64,000 nucleotides of DNA, from positions 43,028,001-43,092,000 of the forward strand of contig OZ024749.1 of the NCBI GenBank assembly GCA_964016885.1, in the 5' to 3' direction. This stretch comes from Eledone cirrhosa. Its lineage: Eukaryota. Below are positions 1-13,940 of this stretch, one piece after another. The stretch's first letter is position 1, and each line of letters starts with the position of its first letter. Under the pieces are notes generated by a model. That model was given only the letters and a program-made list of their open reading frames with translations, had not been told where the DNA came from and ran no database searches. The translations under genes and the position numbers were made by a program.

Positions 1-68
1 TTAGCAGAGTTTGCAGCCATCATGTATGGATGTATCTATATTCTGGTTTCATTATTTCACCAAAAGTA

Positions 69-170
69 CCGAGGTTGACTTTGCCTTTCATCCTTACGGG
101 GTCGATAAAATAAAGTACCAGTAATGCACTGCGTAATTGCTGGCCTTGTGCCTAAAGTAGAAACAATTAT
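69..170 (+). mobile_element. tRNA-derived SINE (family S1), 5'-truncated copy
   Basis: Matches the window consensus CCGAGGTTAACTTTGCCTTTCATCCTTACGGGGTCGATAAAATAAAGTACCAGTAATGCACTGGGTAATTGCTGGCCTTGTGCCAAAAGTAGAAACAATTAT, seen about 30 times (full or partial) in this window. Confidence 0.85.
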
Positions 171-211
171 TTCATCAAAAGTAGAAATAATTATTTCATA
201 AATTTTCACTA

Positions 212-215
<4 letters not shown>

Positions 216-292
<77 letters not shown>
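216..292. repeat. (GA)n microsatellite
   Basis: Perfect AG dinucleotide run. Confidence 0.98.
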
Positions 293-294
<2 letters not shown>

Positions 295-411
295 CTAACA
301 TAGAAACAATACACTTTCATTGAAATTTAGCCATCAGTGCAGATTTCTCATTAGTTCAGCATAACTGTTATATATATTTTTTTTACTAATCTTTAGCATC
401 GTATTGATATG

Positions 412-725
412 AGGGCGGTAGATTGCCAGCATCAATGGAGCGTCGGACAATATGCTTTATGACATAGGGTTACGCCCCTTTACGATCTGAGTTCAATTCG
501 CGCCGAGGTTAGCTTTGCCTTCATCCTTACGGCGTATAGGGGTGGGTAGCTTTCTCAGCAGAGGTTGATGGGTCTTTTAGATATCTGATGCATTTGTCTG
601 AAATCAATATCATGAAAGGCAAGCGGGTTCGATAAAATAAATCCCCAGTAATGCACTGAGGTCGATTTAATCGAATATCATCTTCCCCTAAATTGCTGGC
701 CTTCTGCCTATAGTAGAAACAATTA
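412..725 (+). mobile_element. SINE S1, long subfamily, with a ~90-bp internal insertion
   Basis: Degenerate A-box head, B-box GAGTTCAATTC and central domain interrupted at ~534-624. Extra GGTCGATTTAATCGA segment, then tail GTAGAAACAATTA. Confidence 0.75.
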
Positions 726-1737
726 CATTGATATCTGCTGGGCAACTCATTTCCACCGTGCAAGGCTTCTTTTCTCTTTCCTATATCACCATATCTGCTC
801 TGTTATGTTTGAATATTATGTTGATGTTTACTAGAATATTCCACCAGTACTCTTTCATATTGGTGTCATCCATCTTGTCCATGTCATACTTATTTATTGC
901 ATTAGATGTTGGTGTATACATAAGCGCTTATCTATGTGTCTTTGTTTATTTGTATGTATATGTGTATATTTTTGTATAAGTTTGTGTCGATGTATATGAT
1001 TGTGTAAATGTAAGACCGTGTATTTGCGTCTGCATGTGCATATGTATATGATCTACCTCGGTCTGTATGTTCGTATTTCAGTTTGCGTGCTTGAATGCGT
1101 CTGTGTGTTATTTATATGTGAATCTCTACCTCTTTTTGTATGATGTGTCTATGTAAGTGATTATACAAGTGTGTATTTGTGCCTGTGGCCGTGTGCATGC
1201 GTTTGTGTCAGCGCGAGTGCTTTTGCGTGTGTAAATATGTGTGTGTTTGCGTCCTTGTTTGTGTGCATGTGTATTTGTATAAGGAGACAAATATACAACA
1301 TTAACGCTAGTCTTTTGCCGGCACTCTGTTGCCAGTTCTGTGAGAAACTGTTGGCTGGGAATCCTAACATAGCTAATATACAGTACATTAATAATAAAAA
1401 AAAAGACCTACGTAACTAGACATAAAACTTTCACATCCATATGTGAGGGAAAAATCTAATCATGACAATATTTCCGGATCCGGAAGCTTTGTAGGATACT
1501 AATGTATGTTCTTGTCGCAGTCACTTACTGCAACGACATAAAACCTAAGCTTATATCTATGTGTACGTCTCTCACCCCCCCCCTCTCTCTCTCCATCTCT
1601 CTTTTTGTCCCCCACCCCCTCTCTCTCTCTCACTATCAGACTTCATTTCTACCTTTCTCTCATACTGACAATTTTGCTGTCTTATATATATATGAGCACA
1701 CACTCACAAATATATATATAAACACACTAGAACACGA

Positions 1738-1738
<1 letters not shown>

Positions 1739-1807
<69 letters not shown>

Positions 1808-1914
1808 ACACACACACACATATTATATACATATACATAGGCAGATGTGAGCGAGTGCATGCTTATGTGTACACGAACGTGGTTGAGTGTTTGTGCGTGT
1901 GTGTGTGTTTGTAT

Positions 1915-1948
<34 letters not shown>

Positions 1949-2006
1949 TTGTGTGTGTGTGCTTGTGTGTGTGTGCTTGTGTGTGCTTGTGTGTGCATGT
2001 GTGTGT
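1739..2006. repeat. (CA)n followed by (TG)n microsatellites
   Basis: Direct reading. This tract is the source of the HT/CV ORFs. Confidence 0.95.
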
Positions 2007-2239
2007 AAGAACATCTTGTGTGAATCTTCAGGATTTCTATGCCGCATACAATGAATAGATGAATGATGTCTAATTTTTCAGTTGATGTGAATGAAAATTA
2101 CAGAAAAGGCTAACGTAAGATTTTCAAAGGAAGAAAAAATAGAGGACAGTAAACTTTTCTACACATATCATTTCTGTATCATTCAAGAGTCTACATCTGA
2201 GTGTATTTCTTGATGCTTAATTAAAGCAAAAGTCTCCTG

Positions 2240-2450
2240 ACTTTGAGGTTAGGGTCATCAGCCAGCAGTTGTAACTGTAAGAACGTGAGTTTCGATCAAC
2301 GGAGGTCCGTAATATCCTTGAGTAAAGCACTTTAATTCATTTCGCTCCAGTTGGGGCATGTGACGTTGTGGTCAAGTTGTTTCGACTCATGAACGTAGAG
2401 GCGTGAGCTCCAATACTGCCCGGCCCGCACCGGAGCATTATGTGCCCTCG
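2240..2450 (+). mobile_element. Degenerate second SINE family (S2, CORE-like), two fragments
   Basis: B-box-like GAGTTTCGATC followed by TCCTTGAGTAAAGCACTTTAATTCATTTCGCTCCAG. The same motif recurs at 2825, 28200, 57395 and 59005 and resembles the CORE-SINE motif GTGTCCTTGRGCAAGNCACTT. Confidence 0.5.
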
Positions 2451-2453
2451 ATC

Positions 2454-2826
2454 GGCGTTAGATTGGTAGTATCGGCAGAAGGTCAGGCGCCATGCTCTGC
2501 AGCAAAGAGTTACGGCCCTTTACGGCCTGAGTTCAAATCATGCTGATGTTAACTTTGCCTTCCATCCTTACGGGGTCGATAAAATAAAGTACCAGTAATA
2601 CACTGGAATAATCACGGGTCTTGTGCCAAAGGTAGAAACAATTATTATCATCATCGCCATTATTTTCATCATCATTATCATCATCATTATCATCGTCATC
2701 GTCATCGCCATTATCATCGTCATCGCCATTATCATCGTCAACGCCATTATCGTCTTCATCATTATCATCATCATCATTGTGAACAGTACCGTAATTGCTG
2801 GCCTTGTGCCCAAAGTAGAAACAATT
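2454..2826 (+). mobile_element. Full-length SINE S1 with (ATC)-type tail expansion and a duplicated 3' end
   Basis: Head TGGTAGTATCGG and B-box GAGTTCAAATC, tail to 2645. Cryptic (ATC/GTC/GCC) triplet repeat 2641-2780, then a second tail fragment 2783-2826. Confidence 0.85.
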
Positions 2827-3195
2827 GTGTATACTCGATCAAGACACTTTATTTCACATTGTTCCAGTAATTTAAGAACTTATCATCTCTACTGTTTTAA
2901 CGACATCGAAAGTCCTAGTAGCAGAAAAAATATTGATCTGTTGTTGGGATGCCCTTCGCTTTTCTATCAAATTACCACTCTTATCACTGGAAATCTTTTT
3001 GAAAGCTACTTTCAGGACCCAAACATCTGTTGTATGGTTCTCTATATGCACAGCGATATCATGAGCTGGCGGTTCTGTTGTTCAAGCTCTTGTTTTCCGA
3101 AGTGACGGAGCTCAAACAAACACAGGACATATAATACAAGATATGATAATTTTGTAGATATATATGTGTGTATGCGTATATTTCAATTAGATTTA

Positions 3196-3266
<71 letters not shown>

Positions 3267-3284
3267 TGTCTGTGTTTGAGTGTG

Positions 3285-3343
<59 letters not shown>

Positions 3344-3486
3344 ATTATTATGTAATAAACAACATAAGGCAATTATTCCATTTACCAGTGGTTTCTTATG
3401 TTGTTTATTACATAATAATAATAATTAAGCTCTGTTGCCTACATAGAGCACTCTTTTTTCCTGGACTTTTCCGATGGAATTACTTC

Positions 3487-3517
<31 letters not shown>

Positions 3518-3521
<4 letters not shown>

Positions 3522-3617
3522 ATGTCCCCCCAAAATGTATACACACATTGAGTACCTGTACAGGCAATATTTACTAGAATGCTGTTGGAGTGTGTATACG
3601 TTTTTTGGGATATCTTG
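3518..3617. mobile_element. Tc1/mariner-type MITE (~100 bp)
   Basis: Imperfect TIRs TAGGATGTCCCCCCAAAATGTATACACAC / GTGTGTATACGTTTTTTGGGATATCTTG, flanked by TA. A second, truncated copy lies in opposite orientation at ~43388-43464. Confidence 0.7.
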
Positions 3618-3737
3618 TATGATATGATAAATATATATCTGCGTGTGTGTATAGATACATATATATATACATATGTCCCAAGGCTCTGATACCATCAACA
3701 CCATAAACACAGAGCTGGCATATCTAAGAACTGACTA

Positions 3738-3793
3738 ACTGCCTGATGAGGTCATAGCCATTCAATGGCTACCATCGAAATATATATAGCAGT
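3738..3793 (+). ncRNA. Minimal type I hammerhead ribozyme motif (family F, PLE-type)
   Basis: Stem I ACTGC/GCAGT and core CTGATGA (3743-3749). Stem II GGT..ATC encloses TAGCCA/TGGCTA. GAAA (3777-3780), palindromic loop III TATATA, cleavage doublet TA (3787-3788), then AATAAA. Confidence 0.85.
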
Positions 3794-3836
3794 AAATAAA
3801 GGATTATGAGTTCATGCAATTGACTTATGTTTCGTC

Positions 3837-3874
<38 letters not shown>

Positions 3875-3995
3875 GGAGGTGAGTTTTATTGTAGTACAAT
3901 AAAGCAATGCAGATATCGGATAAGAAGCACTCTACAGTTTGTAGGACTGGAGTATGCATAATATAAGATCAAAAGATGGTTAAAGGAGTTCCATG

Positions 3996-4066
3996 TATTT
4001 TATTATGCGCATTTCAAAAACAAACATCATCATGCAATAATATTTGTGTTTTCATCAGATAAAACA
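3996..4066 (-). ncRNA. Hammerhead ribozyme motif, left arm of the palindrome
   Basis: Reverse complement of the 4185-4255 motif. Confidence 0.8.
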
Positions 4067-4184
4067 GGAGAACATGATATGAAGGCTAAAAAACACTTGT
4101 GAATAGTGCAGTTTTAAATCAACATATGTTGATTTAAAACTGCACTATCCACAAGTGTTTTTTAACCTTCATATCATGTCTTCC

Positions 4185-4255
4185 TGTTTTATCTGATGAA
4201 AACACAAATATTATTGCATGATGATGTTTGTTTTTGAAATGCGCATAATAAAATA
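4185..4255 (+). ncRNA. Minimal type I hammerhead ribozyme motif (family C)
   Basis: Stem I TGTTTTAT/ATAAAATA and CTGATGA at 4193-4199. Long AT-rich stem II, GAAA at 4236-4239, palindromic TGCGCA, then TA at 4246-4247. Confidence 0.8.
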
Positions 4256-4304
4256 CATGGAACTCCTTTAACCATCTTTTGATCTTATATTATATATATA
4301 TATA

Positions 4305-4415
4305 TAACGAAGGAAATGTGGTAAGGAACCAGGTGGACCATAACGCACCAAAGTACTCAATACTTGGGGTAGTAGAGTGGGTAATAGGAACCAGTAAGAC
4401 CTCTTACTGGTTCCT
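4305..4415 (-). mobile_element. Family A hairpin-plus-tail element, very short inverted arm
   Basis: Tail TAACGAAGGAAATGTGGTAAGGAACC...GAGTGGGTAAT, then AGGAACCAGTAAGACC|TCTTACTGGTTCCT. Embedded in (TA)n. Confidence 0.85.
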
Positions 4416-4680
4416 ATATATATATATATATATATAGATATATGTATATATGGGAGGGGGTGGGTATACATGCAAATGCTGTATGTAAATTTGAATACAA
4501 TTGTGTATTAGAGTTTTGTAAAAGTTTGTTGAATGAATATATATGTGTAATTTGTATTAAATTATATACTTCCAAATATGGCCCCCACACATACATAAAT
4601 ACACAACCACTCTCCCTGTCTCCCTCTTTTATTCTGCCTTTCTGAATCACTCTCAGTATCTTTCTATAGCAAATTATATC

Positions 4681-6625
<1,945 letters not shown>

Positions 6626-6981
6626 CATACACAATATAATCAGATGTTGACATGGCGAACCAAACTCTGTTCATCTGTTCATTTATTACAGTAGTAGGCC
6701 TTTTACGTCTATTTCTTTATACTTAAGTATATAAGCTGTCACAGGAAATACTGTATGGCGTTAAATATTTACAGACAGCCGCAAAGTTTCGAATCAGGAT
6801 CAGTAAGTGAGGTTTATAAATTCCGATAGATGTCATCACAGTCGGGGAGCAAGATGGAAGTTTCCTCCCGTGTTAAGATGCTATTGCAGCGGAAGCTTCT
6901 ATATACCCCTTGCAACATTTAAAGGAAATGTATCTTTGTATCTTCTGCAATATAAAATCTTATGTTATATATGAATATATA

Positions 6982-7068
<87 letters not shown>

Positions 7069-7071
7069 GCA

Positions 7072-7108
<37 letters not shown>

Positions 7109-7111
7109 GCA

Positions 7112-7162
<51 letters not shown>

Positions 7163-7195
7163 GCATAATTATATATATATATATATACACATGCA

Positions 7196-7237
<42 letters not shown>

Positions 7238-7410
7238 TGCATCTGTATATATGTATATAATCATGTATGTATAAACATCCAACCAGCCACACACACATAT
7301 ATATATGTGTAAATGTGAGTGTGTGTGTTTATACATATGTATGTGGATAGATAGTCATGCATATTTATTCATATACATGCTTATATTATATATTCTTGTA
7401 TAATATATAT

Positions 7411-7585
7411 TTGTTTCTACTTTAGGCACAAGGCCAGCAATTACCCAGTTCATTACTGGTACTTTATTTTATCGACCCCGTAAGGATGAAAGGCAAAGTC
7501 AACCTCGGCGGGATTTGAACTCAGATCGTAAAGGGACGTAACTATGCTGGAAAGCATGGCGTCCGACCCTCTACCGATACTACCA
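7411..7585 (-). mobile_element. SINE S1
   Basis: Reverse complement of the consensus, including B-box GGATTTGAACTC. Confidence 0.9.
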
Positions 7586-8439
7586 AAAGAGCGGATTCTA
7601 GATGAATAAATTTGTTTGATTTCAGATGCACTAGAGAATAACATAATATATATATATTTCAAGAACGGTACCCTGCATGGGCTCAGCCGGGTGGTTGGAA
7701 CAGGTAAAAGAGTAAAAGAGTAAATATTCTAAAATGCATTCATTCATTGGTCTTTTCTTTCGTTTGCACACGCACACTCATACGTCATGTGTGTGTGTGA
7801 ATGTGTGTGTGTGTGTGTCTATCTGTCTGTACTTCAATATATGTGTGTACTTGAGTGTGTATGTTTGTGTTTGCAATCACCCATACATATGTGGGTCAGG
7901 TGTGAATGTTTAAACCGCATATATAATGGACAAGTAACTCTTTACCTTACCTGCTTTATACAGTATCAGTTTAAGCAACCCCGTGTAATATATTGGACAA
8001 TACTGATGCATGAATTTGGCAACAAATGTAAATAAACCATATTTACATTAGCTTCAGGAATTAACCTACTCTGAGGTATATTGCCAATTCGTATACCGTC
8101 GTCATGTAGAGGTGATTATTCTATTAACGCCACATCACTACTGATAAATAATCGAATTTGAATACTCTGTTTTGCTAGTGAAGCGATATTTAATTTCAAA
8201 TTAAGATGATAATGGAACAGAACGCCATATAAACATGTTGACTTAGGCAAACTTTCATTTAATGTTTCTAGGAAATGATTATTTGATGAAGCATATGTAG
8301 GGTTTTATACGCTCAGCTGAGATACTTAACAGAGGCTTCTAGGCTTACTGGAAAATAATGGATATGGCCACTTCATGAATTTTACATTCTCTAGGTCATA
8401 TATATATATATATATATTAATATATATATATATATATAA

Positions 8440-8470
<31 letters not shown>

Positions 8471-8569
8471 AATAAAAGGAATTCTAACTTTGTCTGATTT
8501 ACTCGTTTTATTTACAATCCTTTAAAATTATAATGATATTATAATGAAATACTGTACAAACCGATCATT

Positions 8570-8764
8570 GGTGGATTGGCAGTATTGGTAGAGGGTCGGA
8601 AGCCAAGCTTTGATGCATAGAGTTACGGTCCTTGCCATTCTGAGTTCAAATCCCTCGAGGTTAACTTTGCCTTTCATCCTTTCATCCTTACGGGGTCGAT
8701 AAAATAAAGTACCAGTAATGCACTGGGTAATTACTGGCCTTGTGCCAAAAGTAGAAACAATTAT
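8570..8764 (+). mobile_element. SINE S1, full length
   Basis: GGTGGATTGGCAGTATTGG A-box, GAGTTCAAATCC B-box, central domain and tail. Confidence 0.9.
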
Positions 8765-9094
8765 AATAAATGTTCGGTAAACCCATATGTACATATATAT
8801 ATATATGTGTGCATGTATGTATGTATATACATACTACTGTACGTCTGTATACATATATGTATGTACGTATACATACTTATATTTAAGTATCAGTCGTACT
8901 AACAGTGAGAAATGAAATTTCATTTTTTTCCATTTATCGTTATCGGTACGTCCAGCCGACTAACTCACTCGATATGCAAATTAGGTTGCTCAGCCGTTAA
9001 TATGCGTAAAGAAAGTATATACTTTCAAACGTTCAATCAACTGACAGGAAGGTATACGGCTAATAATTCGGGCTGTTTGTATATATATATATAC

Positions 9095-9126
<32 letters not shown>

Positions 9127-9137
9127 GTAATAATAAT

Positions 9138-9248
9138 TAATTTGAAGACTAAAATCCAAAGAGGGTTCGATAAGGATAAATATATATCAAATATATAAGA
9201 ACCGTAGAGCAAATATTTATTAAAATAACAGATTAAAGTTTAAGCAAA
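9138..9248 (-). mobile_element. Family G terminus abutting an (AAT)n tract
   Basis: TTTGAAGACTAAAATCCAAAGAG recurs at ~44430, also next to AAT repeats. TATTAAAATAACAGATTAAAGTTTAAGCAAA recurs at 31121. Confidence 0.6.
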
Positions 9249-9554
9249 TATATATATATATTGTTTAGGTCTGGTTTAAACTATTGAGCACTTTGCCAGT
9301 ATCATTTCTGATTTTTGCGTTTCGCTTCGCGTTTCCTGCCCGCCGAAAATGCGATTCTCGCTGAATCTTTATTCGTATATATATATATATATATATTTAT
9401 ACACAGACATCTCTATATACTATATAATATTTTACCTGTGTAATTTGCATAGAGTGCCTCGTTCTCTGTATCTGGTTGGCAGAGCTTTGAACATTTTATA
9501 TATATATAGCTTAAGGCTTTCTCTGTTAATGTATTAAATATATATATATATATA

Positions 9555-9748
9555 TAACGAAGGAAATGTGGTAAGGAACCAGGTGGACCATAACGCACCA
9601 AAGTACTCAATACTTGAGGTAGTAGAGTGGGTAATAGGAACCAGTAAGACCCCGACAGCTGAGCTCAAGCCGTTTCGACGGCTAATTCTGGACGTCCAGA
9701 ATTAGCCGTCGAAACGGCTTGAGCTCAGCTGTCGGGGTCTTACTGGTT

Positions 9749-9751
<3 letters not shown>
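9555..9751 (-). mobile_element. Family A element with a perfect ~120-bp hairpin
   Basis: Tail plus palindrome centred on CTGGAC|GTCCAG. Both arms share a private variant (GACAGCT/AGCTGTC). (TA)n on both sides. Confidence 0.9.
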
Positions 9752-9835
<84 letters not shown>

Positions 9836-10274
9836 ATGCATGTGTGTATGTATATATATGTATATATATGCATACATATATACATGCGATGGAGGGGATT
9901 GCAGTGTCATTAGTATGTCAGATATCATACATTGCGATATTTTATCCGGTTCCTTGCGCTATGAATTCAATTCCTAGAAAGGTCAAAGTTGCCGTTAATC
10001 ATTGCAAGATCGATAAACTAACAACCTCTTCATAATACGGGTCCATACTTCCTCGATATTCCTTCCCCTCTGTCCTTTGTCCTTCTTTATTTTTCACTCC
10101 TTCTTTGTAAGATTTCTCTTTCTATATTTTCCCCTTCTTCCCTGAAGATTTCTGTTCTGTTCAAACATGCAGAAAGATAGTCTCCCTTAGGTTTAAGTGC
10201 TCAAGCTTCGCCGGATATCATTACGACGACTCAATCTGTGATGAAGCTGATTAAGCCTTTATAAGCAGGAATTA

Positions 10275-10449
10275 CCATATTTTCCGGCACCAAAGACGCT
10301 TGGTCCTCGAGGACAAACCCTAATTTTGACAACCAAATATTTGAAAAAAAAAAAAAAAAAAAATTAAATAAACAACCTTCGGCCTCCATAGTAGATTTTT
10401 GAGACTTATTTTAGGAAAATAATAGCGTCTTGGACGCCGGGAAATTAGG
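10275..10449. mobile_element. Tc1/mariner (pogo-like) MITE
   Basis: Imperfect TIRs CCATATTTTCCGGCACCAAAGACGCT / AGCGTCTTGGACGCCGGGAAATTAGG, with a preceding TA. Confidence 0.6.
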
Positions 10450-10647
10450 TTTATTAAAAAAGTAACAAAAAAAAAAAACAAGGTACAGTCAATATCCGTG
10501 TTTCGAAAGAATCACCCGAGGTTTCGAATGGAGTGTTCCCTAGAATTAGGCAAAAATGACAACTACTGCTATTAACTGTATCTAGTTAACATTTCTCATT
10601 ATTGAATTTAATGTTCCTTAAATTAATTACTATTGGTGCTGCTGCTG

Positions 10648-10680
<33 letters not shown>

Positions 10681-10796
10681 CTACTACTCCTACTACTACT
10701 ACTATATTGTAGTAGTTGTATTGCAATTAATTCCTTTGTATTTCTCCAACCGTCCTGGGCTCTGTGACTAATAAAAGAAATAGTTATTCTAATAAT

Positions 10797-10970
10797 AACG
10801 GTTTTTAATTTAGGCACAAGGCCAGCAATTTTCGGAGGGGGGGGGGAGTCGATTAAATCGAACTCAGTGCATTACTGTTGTTTGATTTTACCGACCCTGT
10901 AACGCTGAATGGTAAAGCTAAACCCGGCAGGATTTGAACTCAGAACATAAAGGGCCGTAACTACATGCCA
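10797..10970 (-). mobile_element. SINE S1, long subfamily
   Basis: TTAGGCACAAGGCCAGCAATTTT...GTCGATTAAATCG...GGATTTGAACTC. Confidence 0.8.
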
Positions 10971-11377
10971 CGAAAAATTGTTTTTTCTTCTAAATGTTAG
11001 CATACTTATTTGCTTCAGACATCCATCGTCATTCTGATTTTGGGAATTTCTCATACTGTATAGCCAGAAATAAAACCGCTTAACTAATGTTCCTTCAATC
11101 TGATGATGCAGTAAGCGACCATTTTTATTTTGAACAGCTTATATATTGAAAGATTTACAACGTGTTGTCAACTATTTCAAGAAACTAACGTCCATTTCCA
11201 TTTGAAACGCTAAACGAGCAGAAGATAGCAAATTATATGGTAATGAGCTTAGCATGGTCTGTGTTGTAGTTGCCATTTTATTGTGCCTACGTACTTTTAC
11301 TTAATCGCATCTAAGACGTTTATAGACGAGCAAAATTATTTCCAAATATAAAGGTCTATATATTATGTACATAACTT

Positions 11378-11378
11378 T

Positions 11379-11471
<93 letters not shown>

Positions 11472-11733
11472 TATAGATACATATGTATGTATATACATAT
11501 GTATATATATATATATACACATATATATTTACATACACATATGTATGTATATACATGTATATATATATATACATATATATACATATAGATACATATGTAT
11601 GTATATATATATATATATATACACACATATGTATGTATGGATATATATATATATATACATATATGTATGTATATATATATATATACACACATATGTATGT
11701 ATGTATATATATATATATATACATATATGTATG

Positions 11734-11766
<33 letters not shown>

Positions 11767-11771
11767 GTATG

Positions 11772-11819
<48 letters not shown>

Positions 11820-11835
11820 CACACATATGTATTTA

Positions 11836-11871
<36 letters not shown>

Positions 11872-11893
11872 CATATATATACATATATGTATG

Positions 11894-11925
<32 letters not shown>

Positions 11926-11985
11926 CATATATGTGTGTGTATATATATATATACATATATGTATATATATATATATACATATATG

Positions 11986-12026
<41 letters not shown>

Positions 12027-12087
12027 ATATATATATACATATAAATATAAATATATATATACATATAAATATATATATACATATATG

Positions 12088-12127
<40 letters not shown>
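11378..12127. repeat. Compound (TA)n microsatellite
   Basis: Direct reading. Confidence 0.97.
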
Positions 12128-12128
<1 letters not shown>

Positions 12129-12541
12129 CACTACACTTTCGAAACATGAGTTCTAAGTTTGTAAGATGTAGTTCCGTATAAGTCCAGTTAATAAATTAAT
12201 GCACTAAAGCTGTTTACTGGATTTCGAAAATAACTGAAAATGTGATAAGGCAAATCCATGCAATTTGCTATAGAAAATATGTTATTACATAATATGCAAT
12301 TCATGAATGTTTGATGAATATATTTAATGTACTATTGCTTTTCAAACTATCTACAATAAAATACTCCCTAACCACAGAAAAAAAACAACTTATTTTTCAT
12401 GCAATATGACAATAACCATTTTGGAGCAGGTTCATATATATATATACATATACATATATATATATATATATAAATAAATATATATATATAAATATTATAT
12501 GGAGTAGCGAAACAATTGTAAACGGACATTATTATTATTAA

Positions 12542-12660
12542 CTGAGTTCAAATCCCGCCGAGGTTAACTTTGCCTTTCATCCTTACGGGGTCAATAAAAT
12601 AAAGTACCAGTAATGCTCTAGGTAATTGCTGGCCTTATGCCAAAAGTAGAAACAATTATT
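12542..12660 (+). mobile_element. SINE S1, 5'-truncated
   Basis: Starts at the B-box CTGAGTTCAAATCCCGCCGAGG and runs to the tail. Confidence 0.9.
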
Positions 12661-12797
12661 AATATTCGAAAAACTCAGATTACATGTATTTGTATTCAGC
12701 CATGTAAAGCGAAAATGTTATATATATTATATAGAGAGAGAGAGAGTTCAGCCGTCGGGGTGTGAAAAAGATTTAGGACCCCATCTGATATATATAC

Positions 12798-13088
12798 GTT
12801 ATAATTTATCGTACAGGACTATATATATATATATATATATATACATTATAATTTATCGTACAGGACTATATATATATATATAGATACGTTATAATTTATC
12901 GTACAGGACTATATATATATATATACATTATAATTTATCGTACAGGACTATATATATATATATATATATACATTATAATTTATCGTACAGGACTATATAT
13001 ATATATATATATATATATACGTTATAATTTATCGTACAGGACTATATATATATATATATATATATATACGTTATAATTTATCGTACAG

Positions 13089-13129
<41 letters not shown>

Positions 13130-13231
13130 ATAATTTATCATACAGGACTATATATATATATATATATATACGTTATAATTTATCGTACATAACTATATAT
13201 ATATATATATACGTTATAATTTATCGTACAG

Positions 13232-13234
<3 letters not shown>
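12798..13234. repeat. Composite minisatellite: ~10 x CRTTATAATTTATCGTACAGGAC separated by variable (TA)n
   Basis: The 23-bp unit was counted ten times, with (TA)n spacers of differing length. Confidence 0.95.
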
Positions 13235-13284
<50 letters not shown>

Positions 13285-13484
13285 TGTATGTATATATATA
13301 TATACATATATGTATGTATATATATATATATATATATACATATATGTATGTATATATATATATATATACATATATGTATGTATATATATATATATACATA
13401 TATGTATGTATATATATATATATATATATACACATATATGTATGTATATATATATATATATATAATGTATATATATATATTTAT

Positions 13485-13598
<114 letters not shown>

Positions 13599-13755
13599 TT
13601 TGTGTCGATGGATAAATATTGTCCTTGTATATCTATATAATTCCTGATTTAAATAAAATGTTAAGCTTAAGGGTTATAAAATTAATAAACTAAATCCTTA
13701 ACTCGTCCCTATCTTAACAAGTAATCCACGTTTTCGCCATATTCAACCTATATAT

Positions 13756-13940
13756 AATTGTTTCTACTTTTGGCACAAGGCCGGCAATTACTCAGTGAAT
13801 TCCTGGTACTTTATTTTATCGATCCCGTAAGTATGAAAGGCAAAGTTAACCTGGGCGGGATTTGAACACAGAACGGCAAGGGCCATAATTATGCCTCAAA
13901 GCATGGCGTCCGACCCTCTACCGATGCTGCCAATCCACCG
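13756..13940 (-). mobile_element. SINE S1, full length
   Basis: Reverse complement of the consensus, from the tail to GCCAATCCACC. Confidence 0.9.

Larger units (their letters stand above)
3872..4293 (-). mobile_element. Family C PLE-like terminus: 336-bp spacerless palindrome (3958-4293) plus ~86-bp tail (3872-3957)
   Basis: Arms of 168 bp with 4 mismatches, centred on AACAT|ATGTT at 4125/4126. Flanked by (TA)n. Both arm and tail are homologous to 41462-41704. Confidence 0.8.

Noticed and set aside
2623-3105. 160-aa hydrophobic ORF
   Set aside because: It is built from a SINE tail and an (ATC)n-like repeat. The unique remainder is unrecognisable.
6870-6960. Repeat GGAAGCTTCTATATA shared with 5520-5590, faintly hammerhead-like
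   Set aside because: It reads GGAA rather than GAAA in both copies and has no intact 5' core. It can only be called a small dispersed repeat.
8570-8660. tRNA genes suggested by A and B boxes
   Set aside because: These are SINE heads with no complete cloverleaf, always followed by the SINE body.
9555-9751. Family A as a classical MITE, Helitron or pre-miRNA
   Set aside because: The hairpin centre varies per copy and the tail is one-sided, unlike TIR elements. No Helitron TC...CTRR ends were seen, and there is no expression evidence for a miRNA.
9682-9913. Recurrent short ORFs such as [16 protein letters not shown] and [12 protein letters not shown]
   Set aside because: They recur because family A is repeated. 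Stops and frames are not preserved between copies.
12798-13234. CRISPR-like repeat-spacer appearance (also 52981-53411)
   Set aside because: The spacers are only (TA)n, there are no cas genes, and the context is eukaryotic.
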